Shown: piece after piece, positions 58,992-64,000 of the stretch
Layout of the letters: every line of letters starts with the position of its first letter
Position numbering within the stretch: position 1 is the first letter of the stretch
UHGV virus genome: UHGV-1359874
DNA: 64,000 bases
DNA from: a virus
Strand: one strand, 5' to 3'
Made by a program: the position numbers and the translations under genes
The notes under the pieces: model-generated
Databases searched by the model: none
What the model saw: the letters and a program-made list of their open reading frames with translations, nothing else
Told to the model about the DNA's origin: nothing

Positions 58992-59735
58992 TCATATTTT
59001 GCAATATTGTAGTTTAACTAGCTCTAAGGGGTTTCCAGCAATTCTCAGCAATTTAAAGAGTACATATCCTTTATACTCTCTGGCGAATGAGTCCTCTGCA
59101 TAAGTTCCCTGGAGTTTCAGAGTATCAACAAAATCTTCATCCAACAAACCTTCTATTACAGGTGTTTCATAAGTGCCACCAATAATCATAACCTCATTCG
59201 GTTCAATAATAGACTGAATCAAAAGCTCAATTAATTTAGAGTAGGCAAAAGAATTCTTCCAGCCTGCTGTAGTGATATATATCTGACTTTTGTTTACTGT
59301 CTCTTTGGGGTCACGCGTACCATCAGGAAGCAATCGGTTAACGTTTGTAGTAGGAATAACGATTTCATTCAACGCGGTTTGATCAATAAGAACGCACTCT
59401 TCCATTAGACCACCAACTCGGCGCTGACCACGAGAAGATTCACGAGCCGCGAGAATGTCAATAGAAGAACCATTTTTAAAAAGATATTTAACACTATCTT
59501 TTGATTTTGTTGATTTGCCCTTTTCCCAGTTTATTTCATTGTTCAATGCGGGGATAAGTCGGCATATCTCCTCGATCTTCGCGATCGTGATGCTAGCTGC
59601 TTGTTCTTTTCCGCCCGTCGTTACGAACAAGTTCGCACCCGGATAGAGAATACAACGAAGCATTAATACCATCATAGATAGGAATGATTTTGAATCTTTA
59701 TATTCTATTAAGTTCGCAAAACTTAATACGTTTTT
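58992..59735 (-). CDS. terL: large terminase, exon 2 (ATPase domain, post-Walker A); the 5' boundary lies within 59676..59735
   Basis: In-frame upstream extension gives 'KDSKSFLSMMVLMLRCILYPGANLFVTTGGKEQAASI', which is collinear with T4 gp17 '[29 protein letters not shown]'. Confidence 0.6.
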   Translation of the reverse strand, partial: KNVLSFANLIEYKDSKSFLSMMVLMLRCILYPGANLFVTTGGKEQAASITIAKIEEICRLIPALNNEINWEKGKSTKSKDSVKYLFKNGSSIDILAARESSRGQRRVGGLMEECVLIDQTALNEIVIPTTNVNRLLPDGTRDPKETVNKSQIYITTAGWKNSFAYSKLIELLIQSIIEPNEVMIIGGTYETPVIEGLLDEDFVDTLKLQGTYAEDSFAREYKGYVLFKLLRIAGNPLELVKLQYCKI

Positions 59736-60906
59736 TAAAAACTGCTTATAATTTCTTATAAGAATAGACTATTTCACATTTTACTTTTTAGTAAAACCTC
59801 TCCATTTCGATTTAAGGGGTTTTCACCCACCTCATAAGCTTAGGCCCTACTCCTATTGTTTCTATTATACCCCGGAAACTAAAGGATAGTCGTTGAAGTT
59901 TATTATTCTTTGTACCTAAAATGGAATCCTCCATGAGATTTATTAATTCCTCTGCAAACTTTAGAGATAGTACTTCCGTCTAAATGAAGTTCTCTTGCTG
60001 CTTCTGCACAAGAAGGAAAACTTCTAATGAATTTATCATCTAAAGTTAGCTGTTCAACTTCTTTACAAGAAGAATTAACTTTTTGAACATAATAGGCTTG
60101 TTTTACATTTTCTGAACACGTTAATAATCTTAAATTATCTAATCTATTATTTAATTTATTAGTGTCTTTATGGTCAATAATATGTCCTTCCGGAATCTCA
60201 TCTAAATCATTAAAAACACAATAAATTAATCTATGCACTAACATATCTTTTACTTGACCATTTTTACTTAGTCTAACTTTATAATATCCATTCGTTAAAC
60301 TTGGTTTTAACAATCTGAAAGTTTCATCATTTCTAATTCTTCCTTTTGAAGAAACAGAATAATGATATTTTGGAATTTTCTTCCATATCTCATTATCTAA
60401 ATTTTCTTTAAAAAATTCAGATTTTTGTCGTTCTTTAATTAAATTATTTTGATGTGCATGAGAAATATTTTCAGAATAAGTCACCCATTCAAGATTACTA
60501 ACTTCATTATTTAATTTATTCCCATCCTTATGATTTACCACAGGTAAATTATTTGGATTAGTAATAAAATATTCAGCTACTAGCCTATGAGCATAAAACA
60601 TTTTTTTATTACCATCTTTTGATAATCTATAATATTTATAACCATTTTCACCAATACTACCTTTTAAAACTTTATTAGTAGTTTTATTTAAAACATCACC
60701 ATTATCATAAATAAAATATTGTTCATACTCTTTAATTCTTTTTCTCATTTCTAGAACTCCTTTATTTAAGAATAATCTTACCTGCAGATTCCCTTGTCCA
60801 AGAAAACCTTCCTTAAGGTCTTTCACATATTTTTGGATTTAGAGTTCCTGCAATTAAAAGAGTTTGTCCAGAAAATTATATTAATTTTCGTTGGCGCATT
60901 TTCATA
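59736..60906 (-). mobile_element. putative group I intron no. 1 in terL with a double-HNH HEG (boundaries approximate)
   Basis: Splits terL at the Walker A P-loop. R/P7-like core 'CTTCAACGACTATCC' (minus strand, plus-strand coordinates 59878-59895) lies just after the HEG stop. Confidence 0.6.
59903..60826 (-). CDS. intron-encoded HNH homing endonuclease (two HNH modules plus a C-terminal HTH)
   Basis: 'YAHRLVAEYF...VVNHKDGNKLNNEVSNLEWVTYSEN' and 'LVHRLIYCVF...IDHKDTNKLNNRLDNLRLLTCSEN'. C-terminus 'AARELHLDGSTISKVCRG'. Confidence 0.7.
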   Translation of the reverse strand: MKDLKEGFLGQGNLQVRLFLNKGVLEMRKRIKEYEQYFIYDNGDVLNKTTNKVLKGSIGENGYKYYRLSKDGNKKMFYAHRLVAEYFITNPNNLPVVNHKDGNKLNNEVSNLEWVTYSENISHAHQNNLIKERQKSEFFKENLDNEIWKKIPKYHYSVSSKGRIRNDETFRLLKPSLTNGYYKVRLSKNGQVKDMLVHRLIYCVFNDLDEIPEGHIIDHKDTNKLNNRLDNLRLLTCSENVKQAYYVQKVNSSCKEVEQLTLDDKFIRSFPSCAEAARELHLDGSTISKVCRGINKSHGGFHFRYKE

Positions 60907-61161
60907 CGCACGGGGAAATGTCGCATAAACATATCGGTGTCGCATCACAATTCTAATAAATACGCGCTGATAAAAATAAAATTTAAAATGATTAGGCCCA
61001 CCATCTGGTCCCGCCATGTAATCAACCAATAAATCAGGATATTCTCTAAAGAAAGAAATTAAATTTCGTAAATTATCTAATTGTGCAAGCATTCTTTCTT
61101 CAGAGACTTCCTGCATATTTACTCTAGCTTCAGAAATGTCAAGTAATGATTGTAAACTCAC
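60907..61161 (-). CDS. terL: large terminase, exon 1 (N-terminus up to the Walker A arginine)
   Basis: 'FYFYQRVFIRIVMRHRYVYATFPRA' matches the TerL N-terminal pattern (..YQ.......V.A.R..GKS/T). The ORF then runs into nonsense toward the HEG start. Confidence 0.6.
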
Positions 61162-62438
61162 TTATCATCACCTAAATCTAATTTTTGTAATTTATCTAGC
61201 TTAGGAGGTTCATAAACAATCCGCTTATCAAGAGCAACTTGCTGATTTAAAAACTCCTTATATTTAACATGGTCATTATCAGACAAAAGTGGTTCAGATA
61301 AACCATGTTTTCTAGCTTCTTCTTTATCTTTCTTTGCTGACTCTGCGTTTTCACGCTTTTGTATATAATCTTCAATCTGTCTAGCAAGAGCAGGATCATC
61401 ATAAATAAGTGATTTTGTATATTCTTTCATATCACGAACAACTTTATCTACAATATCTCTATCAATAGACAAATCAAACTTAGGAATTTTTCCGCCATTC
61501 TTTTCACAGAAAGCAACCATCTCACCAACTGAATTTACAGCAGAATTATTTCCTTCTTTATTTTGAACCGCAGTAAATTTTGCGGATTTTCGCAATGTTT
61601 CATAAGCTCTAGATAATTTATTATAAGCTTCCAAATCTCCTTGGTCAATAGCTTGATTCATTTTAAGATTTGTTTTACAAATTAAGATTAATGAACTTTC
61701 TGTGTCACTATCATTTATATCGAAAGATTTCTTCATCTCATTATATTTCTTTTCAAGTTCAACCCATTCACTTGCGCGGTACAATCTACCCCATTTCATA
61801 GCGAGATATACTTTATCCTCATGGGTTAGCTCTGCACCAACATCAACTAATTCATCTTCTGATATAAACTCATCTTCTTTAAAATAGTTGTTCTGACCAA
61901 TTCCATTAGTATTTCCACCTGGTACTGCTTGAGTTTGCTGAATACTCTGTTCAATATAATTCTGATACTGAGCATCTGAATCTGAAAGCGTTAAATACTG
62001 AGCTTCACTAATCTTACCGTTATCAAGTTGAGCTTGAAGTTCCTGCTTGCGTGCTTGCTCATCTTCAATATGCGCCGCACGATTTTCTGCAGTCTGCTTT
62101 AATGCTTCTTTTTCTTGATTCAATTTTTCTGTATCAGCCCAGCCATAATCTTTCCATTTCTTTAACCGCATCTTAGAAAGATACTTGCCAAAAACAGTCA
62201 TACCATTCATCTTTTCAGGATTTTTAGCGAAAGCACGATCCCGCAACACATTCCACTCTTCCTCCATATAAGGCACATCCATTTTCTCCAAAAGCCAAAG
62301 AAAAGTCTGCGGATCATAGTTATCAATGTGCATCGTCATACAGCGTTTGCAAATTTCTGCTTTTCGACCATCCTTATAAGTATAAAAATTATCATCAGCC
62401 ATTGTTTTTCTACATTTTTCACAATAGCAATTAGCCAT
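61158..62438 (-). CDS. Zn-finger protein (426 aa) upstream of terL; candidate small terminase or late regulator
   Basis: N-terminal 'CYCEKCRK...CKRC' C4 finger and a long coiled coil. Position immediately 5' of terL. Confidence 0.3.
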   Translation of the reverse strand: MANCYCEKCRKTMADDNFYTYKDGRKAEICKRCMTMHIDNYDPQTFLWLLEKMDVPYMEEEWNVLRDRAFAKNPEKMNGMTVFGKYLSKMRLKKWKDYGWADTEKLNQEKEALKQTAENRAAHIEDEQARKQELQAQLDNGKISEAQYLTLSDSDAQYQNYIEQSIQQTQAVPGGNTNGIGQNNYFKEDEFISEDELVDVGAELTHEDKVYLAMKWGRLYRASEWVELEKKYNEMKKSFDINDSDTESSLILICKTNLKMNQAIDQGDLEAYNKLSRAYETLRKSAKFTAVQNKEGNNSAVNSVGEMVAFCEKNGGKIPKFDLSIDRDIVDKVVRDMKEYTKSLIYDDPALARQIEDYIQKRENAESAKKDKEEARKHGLSEPLLSDNDHVKYKEFLNQQVALDKRIVYEPPKLDKLQKLDLGDDK

Positions 62439-62488
62439 TTATATATTTCACCTCCTATTTATAATTTATTAATAGCAGAATATATAGA

Positions 62489-63646
62489 TTATTTATTTTT
62501 GTCCAAATATTTTTGCTTAGCCGCAAGTTTTGCTAAATTTTTCTTACTATTAGCATTGCGGCAAGTCTTGCAAATTGAATACCAACCATCTTTACTTGAA
62601 CAGTTATGTGAAAAGAATTTTTTATTAGCTAATTTATATTCGCCGCATTTAGTACATCTTTTCCAATTACCATAAGCTTTTTCAGAATAATACCAATTTA
62701 AATAATCTTCTTGAGCTTGTTCTGCAACTAATTTAGGAATTTTATTCCGCCATAATGCAGAGATATATTCGATAGAATGCTTGATACCATGAGTTTCTTC
62801 TAATTTTTTTTGAATTTCAACATTAGTCATTCCATCAATCTTATAAATCAATAGATCATAATAAAGTGGATATTCATCTTTTAAAGTTTTATCAACTAAA
62901 GTATCTAAATCTTCCATTAAATAATATAAATCATATTCAAAATTAGCATACGCCGCCTCTTTCAAAGCAGAATAATTACATAGTAATGCTTCAATATGAG
63001 CTGGATCAAAAAAACTAATAAGACCTACATTATATGGAACGCCATCTTCATCAATAGTACAATAATCATCAAATGCTGTACGAGCTATTGATTTTATTGT
63101 TGAACTAGATTTTGCTGAAGTGCGGCGATACCCATTTCTAATTACATATTGGTCTTGACGCATCTCAATAATTTGTTTTTTTAATAAAAATTTCTTTTTT
63201 CCATAAGCATTTTTATATAATTCTTCAACTTTTTCTATAGCTTGTCGCAATTCTTTTAACTCAGAAATTTCTTCTAAATCAGATTCTGTAATAGGATCTT
63301 TCGGAGTTAAGATAGTATTTTTACCCAAGTCTGATAACATATTATAAATACCATCTTCACCATTTTCTAATTTACCGCATAAACCTTCATAAGAAGTTTC
63401 TCTTTTATTTACTGTTACTAATCTATTATCTGTTAATATCTTTTTTTCTTTTCTTTCTTGTTTATCCATAGCAAAAATGATATAATCTGCTAATACTTCT
63501 AAATACTTGGGAGTTAATTTTTCTTGCGGGGTTGTGGAAATAATTTTATTAACTAATTCATTACGTTCTTGCGGAGATTGCAAGGTATAATCTAATTTAA
63601 GGGGCTGGTCAGAGCTGGTTAAGTCCTTTACATCTGTATCCGCCAT
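62489..63646 (-). CDS. Zn-ribbon protein (385 aa) with a sigma-region-4-like HTH; candidate late transcription factor
   Basis: 'DGMTNVEIQKKLEETHGIKHSIEYISALW' HTH-like. C-terminal 'CTKCGEY...CKTC' ribbon. First gene of the minus-strand late block. Confidence 0.3.
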   Translation of the reverse strand: MADTDVKDLTSSDQPLKLDYTLQSPQERNELVNKIISTTPQEKLTPKYLEVLADYIIFAMDKQERKEKKILTDNRLVTVNKRETSYEGLCGKLENGEDGIYNMLSDLGKNTILTPKDPITESDLEEISELKELRQAIEKVEELYKNAYGKKKFLLKKQIIEMRQDQYVIRNGYRRTSAKSSSTIKSIARTAFDDYCTIDEDGVPYNVGLISFFDPAHIEALLCNYSALKEAAYANFEYDLYYLMEDLDTLVDKTLKDEYPLYYDLLIYKIDGMTNVEIQKKLEETHGIKHSIEYISALWRNKIPKLVAEQAQEDYLNWYYSEKAYGNWKRCTKCGEYKLANKKFFSHNCSSKDGWYSICKTCRNANSKKNLAKLAAKQKYLDKNK

Positions 63647-63804
63647 TAATTAACCTCCCTTCTAAATTTTATTATCCACTTATTAATTCTATTATACCAA
63701 AAATTAGAATAAATATCAACCACTTGGGCAAAAATGTTTAAATGGATTTTCTAAAAAATTTTTGTTATAATATATATAGAAAAACAAAAGGAGAGATAAA
63801 CAAA

Positions 63805-63945
63805 ATGGCAAGACGTAGAGCTTCTTTTTTGAAGAATAAGGCAAGTTCTTATCGCCGCAAGGCTACTTATAAGGCAACACAGGCTTTGTATCATGCAATG
63901 GGCGGAACTGGTAGTTCTCCTAATCGCAAGAGTAAAAAAGACTAA
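63805..63945 (+). CDS. small basic protein (46 aa)
   Basis: RBS aaaggagag 8 nt upstream of the ATG at 63805. 'MARRRASFLKNKASSYRRKATYK' is highly basic. The longer 63742 start in the ORF track lacks an RBS. Confidence 0.35.
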   Translation: MARRRASFLKNKASSYRRKATYKATQALYHAMGGTGSSPNRKSKKD

Positions 63946-64000
63946 AGGTGCAAAAATAAAATGGATAATAAGAAAATTAATAAAGTAATTAACTATAATG

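Noticed and set aside
57242-61161. Inteins as the explanation for the split terminase, nrdD and dut
   Set aside because: The inserted endonuclease ORFs are in separate reading frames with their own RBS and stop codons. They are flanked by non-coding sequence containing group I-like cores. Inteins would be in-frame fusions with Cys/Ser...HN-Cys/Ser/Thr junctions.
1-64000. tRNA, rRNA or tmRNA genes and CRISPR arrays
   Set aside because: By eye there are no cloverleaf-like GC-rich 70-90 nt blocks with a TTCRANNC T-loop outside ORFs, and no spacer-repeat arrays. The GC-rich structured segments found (e.g. 15575-15700) are better explained as intron cores.

Overview
This window reads as a 64-kb piece of a large, AT-rich (~33% GC) tailed-phage or prophage genome. 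Gene content suggests a Gram-positive, probably anaerobic, Firmicute host: it has a DnaE-type replicative polymerase like SPbeta YorL, class III RNR NrdD/NrdG, and an Amidase_3+SH3b endolysin. Two modules converge at a bidirectional terminator near 16.62 kb. The plus-strand module (1-16.6 kb) is a replication and nucleotide-metabolism block: RecJ-like DHH exonuclease, Dda/RecD-like helicase, DnaE-like polymerase, NrdD, NrdG, dUTPase and a RuvC-like resolvase. The minus-strand module (16.6-63.6 kb) is a packaging and morphogenesis block: large terminase, portal, scaffold, capsid, connectors, major tail protein, a 2867-aa tape measure, a 1473-aa tail protein, fibers, endolysin, and Tal/baseplate-like proteins. 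The standout feature is an unusually dense load of self-splicing intron and homing-endonuclease elements. Three genes are split into pieces with non-coding gaps that carry endonuclease ORFs: nrdD, dut and terL. terL appears to carry two introns. Three of the four inserts contain a near-identical TCAACGACTA P7/R-like core element. The fourth, in dut, has a different core. Two full-length paralogs and one frameshifted remnant of an unusual homing-endonuclease architecture are also present (tandem Cys-rich DNA-binding modules plus a Vsr/DUF559-like nuclease domain). No rRNA, tRNA or CRISPR arrays were seen. All boundaries of exons and introns are approximate (by eye, no covariance-model scan possible).
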